Under the pieces are notes generated by a model. The model ran no database searches and had not been told where the DNA came from. It was given only the letters and a program-made list of their open reading frames with translations. From contig CM059433.1 in assembly GCA_030390025.1 (NCBI GenBank), positions 2,728,001 through 2,792,000 on the forward strand: a stretch of DNA of 64,000 nucleotides, read 5' to 3'. This DNA comes from Squalus acanthias. Taxonomy: Eukaryota. Position numbers and translations under genes: made by a program. Positions 36,700 to 50,162 of the stretch are shown here, one piece after another (within the stretch, counting starts at the first letter, position 1; every line of letters starts with the position of its first letter).

Positions 36700-37300
36700 C
36701 TGTTCTGGACAAGATGAAACAGCCAGATTGGCAAGAATTCCCCTTCATGAACTCATATTGGCTATCTTCTATGAGTTTATTGCTATCTAGATGCTCCATG
36801 AACTTATCTTTAATGAGCATTTCCATAACTTTAATTACATTGGACATCAAACTCACTGGTCTGTAGTTCCTTGGAGTTTCTTGGAGTTGCTTGGAGTTGC
36901 TTGGAGTTGCTTGGTAGTCCCATTCAATCAGACAGGAGTGCCTTTGAGCTGGGTACCTTGCTTTGCATGGGTACACATTGGTCCATTGCGTTCAGATTCA
37001 CCTCCTTGAACAAACTCCAGAGCTCCTCCACTCTCAGAGCCAAATTGAAACCTTCCAGGCCCACTCTGACAAGACTTCTAAAGTGCATGAAGTTGGTCCT
37101 CTTAAAATTTGGCAATTTTGTTTGGGTTTTCGTAACCTCTCCAATTCTTGTAATGCCAAATGTGATCACATTCGGCTCACTGGTATTTAAAGCCTCACCC
37201 ACCTCTGTGTTGGAGATTTGATTTTCCCTATTACACAGAATCAAATCCAGGATGTATTTTCCCTTTGCTGACTCTTTTACAAACTGAGTCATAAAACAGT
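36700..37300 (-). mobile_element. Old CR1 fragment
   Basis: ILDLILCN (endonuclease) and NYRPVSL (RT) remnants. Confidence 0.7.
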
Positions 37301-37315
37301 CTTCTGTTCACTCTA

Positions 37316-38075
37316 GGGCCAGGATTTTCTGTGGTGTTAGCGGGCACGATTGGTGGCAGGTCGGGTGGGAAAGTTGTTATTTTTGACTGGGTCGGGAACC
37401 CGCTGTCATCCCGCCCCCACGTGCCTTTCCCCCCGGCGCGTCTGTCATCGCGGAGCCGACCCGACCCGACCGGCAGCGGCGGGCAACCCAATTGAGATGA
37501 TTAACGGCTTGTTGTCAGACCCTTAACAGGCTTTTTTAACTTACTTTTTAAATTTAACAGCACGGCCACAGCAACTACACTGCTCGGGAACCATGTCTGT
37601 CAACCTGAGGCGGGAGTTCAGTGGCCATTGCTCCAGCTGATTAGTTGACAGCATCAAATGTACAGTAAAAGCTCCCACCTGACAGATGATCACTTTCCTC
37701 AGGCAGAAGCTGTTGCTCAGTCCATTCCCAGCACAGATTCTGCAGGCTGCAAGTCTTTCCAGCAAAGTCTCCATCCAGTCTCACCTCATTGGAAGAACCT
37801 CTCTCACCATTGACAGAATGCTTCTGCCATCTGAACTTCACCTGCCATCTATTCCATCAACATGGGTGCCGTTTATACTGTCTCACCTTGGTCCTCAGAA
37901 TCGGACAACGATAAGCCCCAACACCAGCAGCACCAGGCACACCAGCAGCACCAATAACAACACCAACCTTCTCCGCAATCACCTGATGCTGCACAGGACA
38001 CAGGGCATTAGCACCCTAGCACATTGCTGCCCAGGAGGCCAGGGATGGCCTCATCATGGCCAGATTTAGTTAACT
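37316..38075. mobile_element. Rearranged Harbinger-derived remnant
   Basis: Terminus gggccaggattttc similar to 39134. The ARDGLIMARFS* piece matches the transposase end at ~49775-49810. Confidence 0.55.
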
Positions 38076-39133
38076 TGATGCTGTACACCCATATGGCTGC
38101 CACATGATGCGCCAGGTTGGCACCACCCCACACCAACACCATAACCATCCCTACAATGACCAAGCCATTCCTTTCACACTCATCACCATTGCAGGGGGTA
38201 CCGTTATGTCTCAGCATTGAGTGAGTCCTGCTTTCTTTTCAACTGACTGACTAGAGTTACTAACTAAAGGGTGCAATCATCTCCTTTTAGATTGAACAAT
38301 GTCATGACAATAAGTTGTCATAAAATGTTCTATTTTGTTCCTGAACACATGCTTGAGCCAGGTAGTAAATGAGGAGAGTGGTTTCTGTGATGTTCTCCTT
38401 CATTAAGATTAAAGGATATGAACACGAGCTTTCAGGGCTATTTTCGACGAATAACGACAATTTTAAAAGACATTTTTTGGTAAAGTTGAAAGTTGAACAG
38501 TGATTCACTCCCTTCCAACCAAGTAAAAATAAAATATGCTTTCATTCCTATTACTCTGGAGACTAGTTAGTGTTTGTGACTCGTTCCATCAAAAAAAATA
38601 GGGAAATGCGCCTCCTCCCATGCAACAAGATCAGGCTGAGAGCATTTAATCTTTACTTATATCCAGAATGTTGAAGCTGGAAGTTACTTGTTAACTGATT
38701 TGAATGTATTCAACCCACTGAGTCTTCATCATTTATCACTTCCTTTAGTTGCGACCCTCTTGAAGAATGGCTGCTCTTTTTCTGTCCATGTCCTTTGGAT
38801 TCGTCCACATCGGCTGCTTCTGGGCTTGAAACGGGGATTGTGTATTTTAACTGATGACTTATTTCTAGCTTTTAGTTCGATAAAGTCCTCATCTTGTTTA
38901 GCACTAGTTCATTCTAACACCTGAACACAAAGTAGTGCAAGAAAAAGTCAGCCATTCATGTACAACAGACTGAGATCTGCACTTTTACGAAGTATCCTCA
39001 ACTTTTCACTCTATCGGCAAAATGTCAAAGGGAATTAGTGAGATTTCCTCCTGAACCCCAAAGGCAATGAAATGGGAATTCCAGAGAGTATTAGTTTAAC
39101 ATAATATTTTACATTGTTCAACTCTAATTTATT

Positions 39134-42100
39134 GGGCTGAATTTTCCGGGGTGGTAGCGGGTGCGATCGGTGGCGGGTTCGGGTGGGAAAGTTGTTTTAT
39201 TTGATAGGAACCCGCTGTCAACTCGCTCCCACGCGCCTTTCCCACAGGTGCGTCTGTCAGCGTGGAGCGGACCCGACCAGCAGCGGCGGGCGACCCAATT
39301 GAAATCATTATGAGGTACTTAATAGGCACTTACTTTTTAAATTTCCCTGCATGGCCACGGGATTCACACAGCTCGGGAACCACGTCTGTCAACCTGAGGC
39401 GGGAGTTCCGTGGCCATTGCTCCAGCTGATGACTTGACAGCATGGAAAACAAACCCAAATAAAAACATGTGGATTACATCAGCTAACAGATTGATGGAGA
39501 TTCTGTTCTACTGGAAAAGCCACTGGTAAATGTTAATTTTTCACTGGCCATTCTCGGCTGTTACCTTCCAACTGAACAGTAATTGCAGTGAATTGATCTG
39601 CACTATAAAAAATGACATATACCATTTAAACAAATTTTTGTGTTGTTTCTGGTCAGGTTTTTCTCACAGTATACTGTGAAAAGAACATAAGAAATAGGAG
39701 CAGGAATGGGCCACTTGGCTCCTCGCGCCTGCTCCGCCATTCAATAAGATCATGGCTGATCTTGGGCTCAAAGCCACTTCCCCGCCCGCTCCCCATAACC
39801 CTTCACTCCCTCATCTTGCAATGATCTCTCTATCTCCACCTTAAATGTATTTAATGACCCAGCCTCCACAGCTGTCTGGGTCAGAGAATTCCACAGATTT
39901 ATGACCCTCTGAGAGAAGAAGTTTCTCCTCATCTCAGTTCTAAAAGGGCGACCCTTTATTCTGAAATTATGCCCCTGAGTTCTAGATTTCCCCACGAGGG
40001 GAAACATCCTCTCTGCATCTACCTTGTCGAGCCCCCTCAGTATCTTATATGTTTCAATATGATCACCTCTCATTCTTCTAAATTCCAATGAGTATAGGCC
40101 CAACCTGTTCAACCTTTCTTCATAAGTCAACCCCTTCATCTCTGGAATTAACCTAGTGAATCGTCTTTAAACTGCCTCCAATGCAAGTATATCCTTCCTT
40201 AAATAAGGAGACCAAAACAGTACGCAGTACTCAAGGTGTGGTCTCACCAATAACCTGTACAGTTGTAGCAGGACTTCCCTGCTTTTATACTCCAACCCCC
40301 TTGAAATAAAGGCCAACATTCCATTTGCCTTTTTGATTACTTGCTGTACCTGCGTGCTAACTTTTTGTGTTTCATGCACAAGGACCCCCAGGTCCCTCTG
40401 AACTGTAGCATTTTGTAATCTCTCTCCATTTAAATAATAATTTGCTTTTTTATTTTTCCTGCCAAAGTGAATAACATCACATTTTTCCACATTATACTCC
40501 ATCTGCCAAATCTTTGCCCACTCACTTAGCCTGTCTATATCCCTTTGCAGATTCTTTGAGTCCTCTGCACAACTTGCTTTCCCACCCATCTTTGTATCAT
40601 CCGCAAACTTGGCTACATTACACTCGGTCCCTTCATCCAAGTCATTAATGTAGATTGTAAATAGTTGAGGTCCCAGCACTGATCCCTGTGGCACCCCACT
40701 AGTTACTGTTTGCCAACCGGAAAATGACCCATTTATCCTGACTCTCTGCTTTCTGTTAGTTAGCTAATTCTCTATCCATGCTAATATATTACCCCCAACT
40801 CCGTGAGCTCTTATCTAATGCAGTAACCTTTTATGTGGCACCTTATCGAATGCCTTCTGGAAATCCAAATACACAACATCCACTGGCTCACCTTTGTCCT
40901 ATTGCTCATTACATCCTCAAAGAACTCCAGCAAATTTGTTAAACATGATTTCCCTTTCATAAAGCCATGTTGACTTTGCTTGACTGCATTATGATTTTCC
41001 AAATGCCCTGCTACTGCTTCCTTAATGAAGGACTCCAGCATTTTCCCAATGACAGATGTTAGGCTAACTGGTCTATGGTTTCCTGCTTTCTGTCTCCCTC
41101 CTTTCTTAAGTAGGGGTCTTTCATTTGCGGTTTTCCAATCCGCTGGGACCTCTCCAGAGTCCAGGGAATTTTGATATATTGCAACCAATGAATCCACTAT
41201 CTCTGCAGTCACTTCTTTTAAGACCCTGGGATGCAGGCCATCTGGTCCAGGGGATCTGTCGTCTTTTAGTCCCATTATTTTACCAAGAACTTTTTCCTCA
41301 GTGATAGTGGTTGTCTTTAGTTCCCTCCTCCCTGTGGCCCCTTGATTATCCATTATTGGGATGTTGTTAGTGTCTTCTACCATGAAGACAGGTAAAAAAT
41401 ATTTGTTCAGAGTCTCTGCCATTTCCCCGTTCCCCATTATTAATTCCCCAGTCTCATCCTCTAAGGGACCAACGTTTACTTTAGCTACCCTCTTCCTTTT
41501 TATATACCTGTAGAAGCTCTTACTATCTGTTTTAATGTTTATTGCCAGTTTACTCTCATAATTCATCTTCTCTCTCTTTATTATTTTTTAAGTCATCCTT
41601 TGCTGGTTTTTAAAAATTTCACAATCCTCTGGTCTCCCACCAATCTTGGCAACATTGTATGCCTTCGTTTTCAATTTGATACCATCCTTTACTTCCTTAG
41701 TTAGCCACGGATGGTGCTCCCTTCTCTTAAAATCTTTCTTTCTCACTAGAATATATTTTTGTTGAGAGTTGTGAAATATCTCCTTAAATGTCCGCCACTG
41801 CATTTCAACTGTCTTACCCTTTAATTTATTTTTCCAGTCCACTTTAGCCAGTTCTGCCCTCATGCCACTGTAATTGCTTTTGTTTAAGATCAGGACACTG
41901 GTTTGAGATACAACTTTCTCACCCTTCAACTGAATTTGAAATTCTACCATGGTATGATCACTCTTTCCGAGAGGATCCTTTACTATGAGATCATTTATTA
42001 ATTCTGTCTCATTACACAGTACCAGATCCAAGATAGCCTGCTCCCTGGTTGGTTCCATTACATACTGTTCTCGGAAACCATCCTGGATACACTCTGTGAA

Positions 42101-44403
42101 CTCCTCCTCAAGGCTACTATGACCAACTTGATTTGTCCACTCAATATGGAGATTAAAATCACCCATGATTATTACTGTACCTTTTTTACAGGCCTGCATT
42201 ATTTGTTGATTTATACTCTGTCCAACAGTATTGCTGCTGTTCGGGGGCCTGTAGACTATGCCCACCAGAGACTTTTTCCCCTTATTATTTTTTATCTCCA
42301 CCCAAATAGATTCTACATCTTGATCTTCTGAGCCAATATCACTTCTCACCACTGCACTGATCCCATCCTTTACCAACAAAGCCACCCCACCTCCCTTTCC
42401 TTTCTGTCTGTCCTTCCGAATTGTCAAATACCCTGGAATATTCAGTTCCCAGCCCTGGTCACCTTGCAACCACGTCTCTGTAATGGCGATCAGATCATAC
42501 CCATTGGATCTATTTGTGCTGTCAACTTGTCTATCTTGTTACGAATGCTGTGTGCATTCAGATATAAAGCTTTTAACTTTGTCTTTTTACCATTTCTCCT
42601 TGTTTTGGCCCCATTTTCTGTTGCAATCTTATTTTTAAACATTCTGTCCCTTCCTGTCACACTCTGGTTATTATTTCTCCCATCTCTATCCTGCTCTATT
42701 GTTTTCTCATTTCTCATTGACTTTTTAAATTCCCGCTCACCTGGACCCTCCTCCCCACTATTTAGTTTAAAGCCCTCTCTACAGCCCTAGTTATTCGATT
42801 TGCCAGGACTCTAGCCCCAGCATGGTTCAAGTGAAGCCCGTCCAAACGGAACAGCTCCCTCTTATCCCAGTGCTGGTGCCAGTGCCCCACAAATCGAAAC
42901 CCATTTCTCCCACACCAGTCTTTGAGCCATTCGTTCTTTTCTCTGATCTTATTTACCCTATGCAAATTCGCTCGTGGCTCAGGTAGTAATCCAGAGATTA
43001 TTACCTTTGTGTTTCTGCTTTTTAATTTAGCCCCTAGCTGCTCATACTCCCTCAGCAGAACCTTTTTCTTTGTCCTACCTATGTCATTGGTGCCTACGTG
43101 GACCATGACAACTGGATCCTTCCCCTCCCAATTCCTCTCCAGCCCAGAGGAGATGTCCTTAACCCTGGCACTGGGCAGGCAACACAGCCTTCGGGAGTCA
43201 CGCTCTCGGCTGCAGAGAACAGTGTCTTTCCCCGTCACTATACTGTCCCCTATCACTACAACATTTCTTTTTACTCCCCCACTTGAATGGCTCCCTGTAC
43301 CACGGTGCTGTCGTCAGATTGCTCATCCTCCCTGCAGTCCCTGCCCTTGTCCACACAGGGAGCAAGAATCTCGTACCTGTTGGACAAGGCCAAGGGCTGA
43401 GGCTCCTCCATCACTACCTCCTGGATCCCAATACCTGCCTCGCTTGTAGTCACAATCTCCTGTCCCTGACCATGGGCCAAATTGGAGGTAATTACTCTTG
43501 TGGGTGTGACTGCCTCCTGGAACTTAGTGTCCAGGTAACGCTCCCCCTCCCTAATGTGTCACAGTGTCTGAATCTCGGACCCCAGCTCATCAACTCTGAG
43601 CTAAATTTCCTCGAGCAGTCCAGTTACACATTAAATCAAGTCATCAACCGTAACAATTTCATTCTCATCACTCATTCCACTGGTTCAATTTGCTTTCAGT
43701 CCCTGAATATGACTAATTTAATTTTTCAGTCTGAGACTTTAGGGTGAATTTCTGTGAAGGTTCTCTCACTTGTCCATTGTTAACTTCAACAGAAGAGCTG
43801 CAGAAATCCCAGGAACACATTGTAAGCACCACTTACACCATTTGTCAGGGATTCCGCAGCTGTTCCGCTGAACTTGCATAAGATTATAAATCCACCCCTT
43901 TACAATTACATTTAAAATCTGCTTAATTTGATGTATTACCTATACACACACATCTTTTATTTGTACCAGTTACTGATACAAAAGTCTATAGATTTTTGAC
44001 TGAAGCACCAATAAATTCCCAATGAATGCACTTTTTAAATTTTGTTCTTGATCTTATTTGTAGATGGAGTCATATTACTTAATGATTTTATTTAAATATT
44101 TCTTTGTCAATCATATATAACTTTTATTTTATTATTGTACAGTAAAGATTCAACACCCACTATGTTAGATTAAACTTAAAATTTAATGTGGCCAGGGTTC
44201 CTTTAACAATCCCGGCTTAAAATGCATCATGAATGATGTCAGCACACCCACTCCATCTCATTGGGCCGGGTAACACGCTGGGTGTGCTAAATAGGCCCCA
44301 TTAAAGTAAGTTCATTTTGTACAGCGGGGTGGAGCCAGCGGCGGGGTCATGACCCTCTATGGACACTGCCCGCACTGGACCCGCCCAGGTAAGGAAAATT
44401 CTG
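39134..44403 (-). mobile_element. Non-autonomous Harbinger-like element, copy 2, split by a CR1
   Basis: Termini gggctgaattttcc / ggaaaattctg; inverted homolog of 11158-12428. Confidence 0.7.
39680..43617 (-). mobile_element. Near-full-length CR1 LINE: ORF1 esterase (SGNH/GDSL) domain + ORF2 endonuclease-RT, disrupted
   Basis: 42762-43256 has GDS/GTND/DGLH esterase motifs. 41588-42717 is an APE endonuclease (YLNA, YRPP, GDFN, SDH). 39768-41566 is RT with stops and frameshifts, followed by a CR1 tail. Confidence 0.95.
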
Positions 44404-44640
44404 ATCTACATCTACTGATTGTGGACATATTTCATGTTTTCTGTCTGAAATGCCATTGTCTTACATTTATCCACTCTAAATCTGAGTGATGTTCTTCAGC
44501 CTAGGTACGTAATTTGATCACAGACATGAGAAATCATTAACCCGCCCACACTGGTTACCTCACCTCATCAACAACTGTTACAACATTATGCTAGAAGTGT
44601 CTCCCTCATTACTGTTTATAAGAGCAGCAGCAGCAGCAGC

Positions 44641-46477
44641 AGGAAAATCCCAAGGTGTTTTATAAGTATATTAAGGGCAAGAGGATAACCAGGGAAAGAG
44701 GAGGGCCCATTAGGGACCAAAGTGACAATCTGTGTGTAGAGCCGGAAAATGTAGATGGGGTTTTAAATGAATATTTTGCATCTGTGTTCACTATGGAGAA
44801 GGCCGATGTAGGCATAGAAATCAGGCAGATTGTGATATATTTGAACAAATTAGTATTGAGAGGGAGGAGGTACTAGCGGTTTTAGTGGGCTTAAAAGTGG
44901 ATAAATCCCCAGGCCCAGGCGAGACGTATCCCAGGCTGCTTTGTGAGGCAAGGGAGGAGATTGCAGGGGCTCTGACACAAATTTTCAGAACCTCTCTGGC
45001 CACAGGGGAGGTGCCAGAGGACTGGAGAACAGCTAACGTAGTACCATTATTCAAGAAGGGTAGTAGGGATAAACCAGGGAATTACAGGCCAGTGAGCCTA
45101 ACATCAGTGGTAGGGAAATTATTGGAAAAAATTCTGAGGGACAGAATTAGTCTCCACTTGGAGAGGCAAGGATTAATCAAGGATCGTCAGCATGGCTTTG
45201 TCAGGGGGAGATCATGTCTGACCAATTTGATTGAAATTTTTGAGGGGCTGACTAGGTGTGTGGATGAGGGTAGTGCAGTTGATGTGGTCTACATGGACTT
45301 CAGTAAGGCTTTTGACAAAGTCCCGCATGGGAGACTGGTCAAGAAGGTAAAAGCCCATGGGATCCAGGGCAACTTGGCACATTGGATCCAAAATTGGCTT
45401 AGTGGCAGGAGGCAGAGGGTGATGGTCGAAGGTTGTTTTTGTGACTGGAAGCCTGTGTCCAGTGGTGTACCGCAGGGATCGGTGCTGGGTCCTTTGCTGT
45501 TTGTAGTGTACATGAATGATTTAGATATGAATGTAGGAGGTATGATCAGTAAGTTCGCAGATGACACAAAAATTGGTGGGGTGTTAAATAGCGAGGAGGG
45601 AAGCCTCAGGCTACAGGACGATATAGACGGGGTGGTCAGATGGGAAGAACAGTGGCAAATGGAATTTAACCCTGAAAAGTGTGAGGTGATGCATTTTGGG
45701 AGGACTAACAAGGCAAGGGAATACACAATGAGTGGTAGGACCCTAGGAAGGACAGAGGATCAGAGGGACCTTGGTGTGCATGTACATAGATCCCTGAAGG
45801 CAGCAGGACAGGTAGATAAGGTGGTTAAAAAGGCATATGGGATACTTGCCTTCATTAGCCAAGGCATAGAATATAAGAGCAGGGAGGTTATGATGGAGCT
45901 GTACAAAATGCTAGTTAGGCCACAGCTGGAATACTGTGTGCAGTTCTGGTCGCCACACTATAGGAAGAATGTGATTGCATTGGAGAGGGTGCAGAGGAGA
46001 TTCACCAGGATGTTACCTGGGCTGGAGCACTTCAGCTATGAAGAGAGACTGGACAGGCTGGGGTTGTTTTCCTTAGAGCAGAGAAGGCTGAGGGGGGACC
46101 TGATTGAGGTGTACAAAATTATGAGGGGCATAGATAGGGTAGATAGAAAGGAACTTTTCCCCTTAGTAGAGGGGTCAATAACCAGGGGGCATAGTTTCAA
46201 GGTAAAGGGCAGGAGGTTTAGAGGGGATTTGAGGGAAAACTTTTTCACCCAGAGGGTGGTTGGAATCTGGAACTCACTGCCTGAAAGGGTGGTAGAGACA
46301 GGAACCCTCACAACATTCAAGAAGCATTTAGATGAGCACTTGAAACGCCATAGCATACAAGGCTACGGACCAAGTGCTGGAAAATGGGATTAAAATAGAC
46401 AGGGCTTGATGGCCGGTGCAGACATGATGGGTTGAAGGACCTCTTTCTGTGCTGTATAAATCTATGACTCTATGACT
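44641..46477 (+). mobile_element. CR1 LINE, 5'-truncated, with a 502-aa open RT region (44885-46393)
   Basis: Complete RT motif set; (tctatgac)n tail. Confidence 0.95.
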
Positions 46478-47089
46478 AAGATCCTGCCAATATTCCACAA
46501 AGCATTGCCCGAAGCAGACCCATGTCCATTCCTTATCATCTTTGGATTTCTATTCTGAGAATAATTTTCAATATAGCTGGCTATATTTCAATTAATTCCA
46601 TGTGCCCTTTTATATTTTAAAAGCTTCATTTGTAGAATCCATTAAGTGTCTTCTGAAAACCCAGATACATTTATTGATCAGTCCCTTATCCCCTGACTTA
46701 ATTACCCCCTGAAAGATAGATTTCCACTTTATTTCTTGTGGCATGCTTTTTAAACTATTCTGATGGGCTTCCCAAATCAGCTCGTGCTTGGTACTTGGCC
46801 ACCAGTAGGTTCCAAGTTCAATTCCCTGCCTGACCTCAGCCAGGACAGATGTTACAATCGGTCTTAACGTCCTCAGGGTCAGGAGGAAAAAAATCAGTCA
46901 GGGTTCCTGTTTTTGATCAACATCCACGCTCCCTACTGTCCAGGAGGAAGAGCAGGAGGACTCCTCAGAGGAACCTGCAGCGTCTGAGGGAGCAGCGTCA
47001 GCAGAAATGAGCGCCCCCAGCACCAGCGCAGAGACACACACCTCGGCGCGTAGTTTGCGAGATAGAGTAGTTAGCTGGTGTATCACAGC

Positions 47090-48648
47090 TGTAGGGGGTG
47101 GTGTGTGGGTGTCAGCTTCACCTCTGACTCAGTGAGCGGTTCGAATCACTCCCACGCCCCTGGTTCCTAGACCTTGGACTTATTTAGGGGTTGTGAACAA
47201 AGATGCAGTAGACAACAGGTTTTGATGAAAGAGTTTTGACTTTTATTAAAGAAAGGTAACAAACTCAAAACACACTTAATGCTTAAACACATGTTGGGGA
47301 ACACACGGTACAGGCGAGGGAGAATTACAATATACAAAACCCTTATCCCGCCCAAATCCCACTGCCTAGCTAGGTTTAATTCCAGAGGATCAGGGATAAT
47401 GCTCACCAATTGACAGTTCTTGACAGTTGAGGTATTTCGAGAGTTTTTTTAAGGGAAAATCTTACCCAGGGGTAAGTCAGGAATAGTTTGTAACGTGGAA
47501 ACTTGCGTGTCTTCGGGTTTTCCTGGTGTTGGTCTTTCGGTGTTGCCTGGTGGTTGGTTGCTGCGCGGTAGTTCCGCGGTAGTTCCGCGGTACTTTCAAG
47601 TGTCGGTTGATCTCGTGGAGCTCTTGGCGGCTCTTGTTGTTGGTTCGTTGCGTTGGAGGCCTGTCTGGGCGGTACCTCCTGGAGCTGGACTGTGTGTTGA
47701 GCGATGCCGACTCGCTCCCAGCTCGTGGTCTCAGTTCCAGCCCTTGCCTGGCCTTGTCTGTCCCTGCCTCCGATCTCACCTCGGGTCTGCCTGCCTCGTG
47801 GCCTGGCTGCTTGTCTCTCCTCCTGCTCGTGTCGTGTGGCTGTGTTGAACTGCGAGTAACTCTCTGCTCCTTGGGGGATTAGGCCCTCAATTATACTGTT
47901 TCAGGCCTATTGTGGTTTTCGCGCCAGAACTGCTTTACTAAATCAGTTTCTCGTTGAAGTGATTTAGGTTTCAGTTGAGGCCTGTTTATTCTATTGTCTT
48001 AGGTTTTGGCAGGCTCGTTAAGTCTGATGACTTTAACTTTATGTTAACTTGTCCTGATGGCTTCCGATGTCTCCCATTTAGACAGGGCCTTTATCTACGC
48101 GCCAAATCTTGCTCCTTTTGTCTTAGAGTTTTGGTGGGCTCGTTAAGCCTGTTCCTGTAGATACTTGGCTAATTGGTTTTTGATGGGATGATGGGCTGTG
48201 AAGCTGTGCGCTGGACGTTTTATTGTTCGGAATTCTGTTTGGACCTGGGGATTTCAAAAGGGTCTTGGTTTATTCATTTTTTGGATGTGTTTGTGAGGTT
48301 TTGGGTGAGGCTCTTCCTCCTTGGTTGGATTGCAGTGCAAACATCTCCCAGACAGCTTGGCTCGGTCCCAATATCCAAAAGCTGTCCACTGCCTCACCAC
48401 ACCCTTTCCTGCAGCCTGTGTTTCTGTGAGTGCAGGTTTACCCAATGGCCCTTTTAAAAGGTGTCTTATCATCCAAAAGTCATTTTCCTCAGGGTTTTTC
48501 TTCCCTGATCCTTAAAAATGTCCAAAACTGAGGTTTTGACCCCAAATTCCTTCATTTAGGTCCCATCATTCCAAATTCGTGTTAAGATCCAAAACTCACC
48601 CCCTTTAGGGTTCTATTCGAGTTTCTGGGGAATTTTGCGAAGCCTACA
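47090..48648 (-). mobile_element. Solo LTR (1559 bp, family B, distantly related to the provirus LTR)
   Basis: TGTAGG...CCTACA termini and TSD CAGC (47086-47089, 48649-48652). Shares GGTTCGAATCACTC and ATGCTCACCA motifs with the provirus LTR. Confidence 0.88.
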
Positions 48649-48672
48649 CAGCTCACAAGTGAGCAAGAGCAG

Positions 48673-49485
48673 ATGGTGGAGACAGGGACAGCAGTGCAGA
48701 CTCCTCGCCGGAGGGCGCAGGACAATCCTCGCTCTGCTCAGCTGCATGCAGACGCTGTGCCTCTGGGGCCATCCAGAAAGAGTGTGGTGATGGAGCTTCT
48801 GGACCAAGTGCAGGAGGCTTTGACTGGGTTTGTAACCACGGTAACTGCAGGTGTCCAGAGAATGGAGGAGTCCATGTCAAATATGAGCAATGCCGTGGTG
48901 CACTCAATGGCGAATGTAGGTGCCGCCATGGAAAGGATGGCAACCTCCATGGAGGTCATAAATCGCCAGACTCAGGAGAACATGGTAACACTTCTAAATA
49001 GATGGTCATCTATGGAGGATAGATGGGCATCTATTGAGGAGAGAAGCCAGAGATGCATGGACATCCTTGTTATTAGGAATGTCAGCACAGAACTGGGTCC
49101 TCATGGCCCCACTGATGTGCAGCAAGGTGCTCTCCAGCTACTTGCTAGCAGTGAAGTGCGGGTGACGCATGAGAGGGATGATGGTAGTCGACAACAAGGA
49201 AGTGGTGGCTCCTCTCCAAGTGCTCACACTCCCATGCCACTGCGGAGCTCTCGGTCAGAGCCCCAGATTCCTCACCCAACTGAGATGGCCGTCTCTGCCC
49301 CTGCACTGCCACAGGAGGAGCAGACTGTTGCGGAGCCCTCCCAGGCTCCCAAACCCAGAGGATACCCGCCAAAGGCATCTAAGCAGGTGCAGCAGGGTAG
49401 TGAGCACACTGCCTCTACATCTACTGAAGCCACAGGGGAAGCACCACGTAGAAGTATGCGTAAGAGAAAGCTAAAACACAAATAG
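48673..49485 (+). pseudogene. C-terminal part of the Harbinger accessory (Myb/SANT-type) ORF
   Basis: 270-aa coiled-coil/low-complexity ORF ending in a basic NLS-like tail (RRSMRKRKLK), convergent with the transposase. The Myb domain itself is not seen here. Confidence 0.55.
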
Positions 49486-50162
49486 TCACAAGGATAGTCA
49501 CTTGGGTGATTTCATATTATACCAATTTACGTTTGTGATCTTTATTTCTAGTGTATTAAAGTAATGCGATGTTAATGATTCAATGCGTTGCCTTATGTGT
49601 GCTCAGAATTAGAAGTGTCACAGTGAGGGGTGAGGGTGCCTTTCATCTGCAGTGATGGTGGGGAGAGTGATAGGAATGCGCAGTTCATTGTTCAGATGCT
49701 ATATTGTGTGGAATGGAGGTCCTGCCAACCCTCATGTGCATGTGCCAGCCACATGTATGTACAGCGTAAAGTTACGCGAATCTGGCATGGATTAGTCCAT
49801 CCCTTGCCCGACGGCCAGCAATGAGCTCGCATGCTGGTAGCACTGGGACAGCCGCCTCTGCCAGGTGTTCCTCATCTGCAGCCTCATTCGGCTCTTCCTC
49901 CTCCTCAGGCAGCGGTAAGCCGCGCTGCAGTGCGATGTTGTGCAGGGCACAGCAGACCATGATGATTTGGACACCCTGGCTGGTGCATACTGTAGGGCAC
50001 CACCAGATCTGTCCAGGCATCTGAAGCGCATTTTGAGCAAGCTTATGTTTTGCACTATGGTGCTTCTGGTTGAAATGTGACTGTCATTGTAACGCTCCTC
50101 AGCTTCATTTGATGGGTCCCTCATTGGTGTCATTAGCCACGTCTTCAGGGGATAGCCCTTGT

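Noticed and set aside
38655..38921. Coding exon on the minus strand
   Set aside because: It has a good acceptor but stops in all three frames shortly after it; at most non-coding.
42762..43256. Host GDSL lipase/esterase gene
   Set aside because: It lies directly upstream of the CR1 ORF2; esterase domains are a known part of CR1 ORF1.
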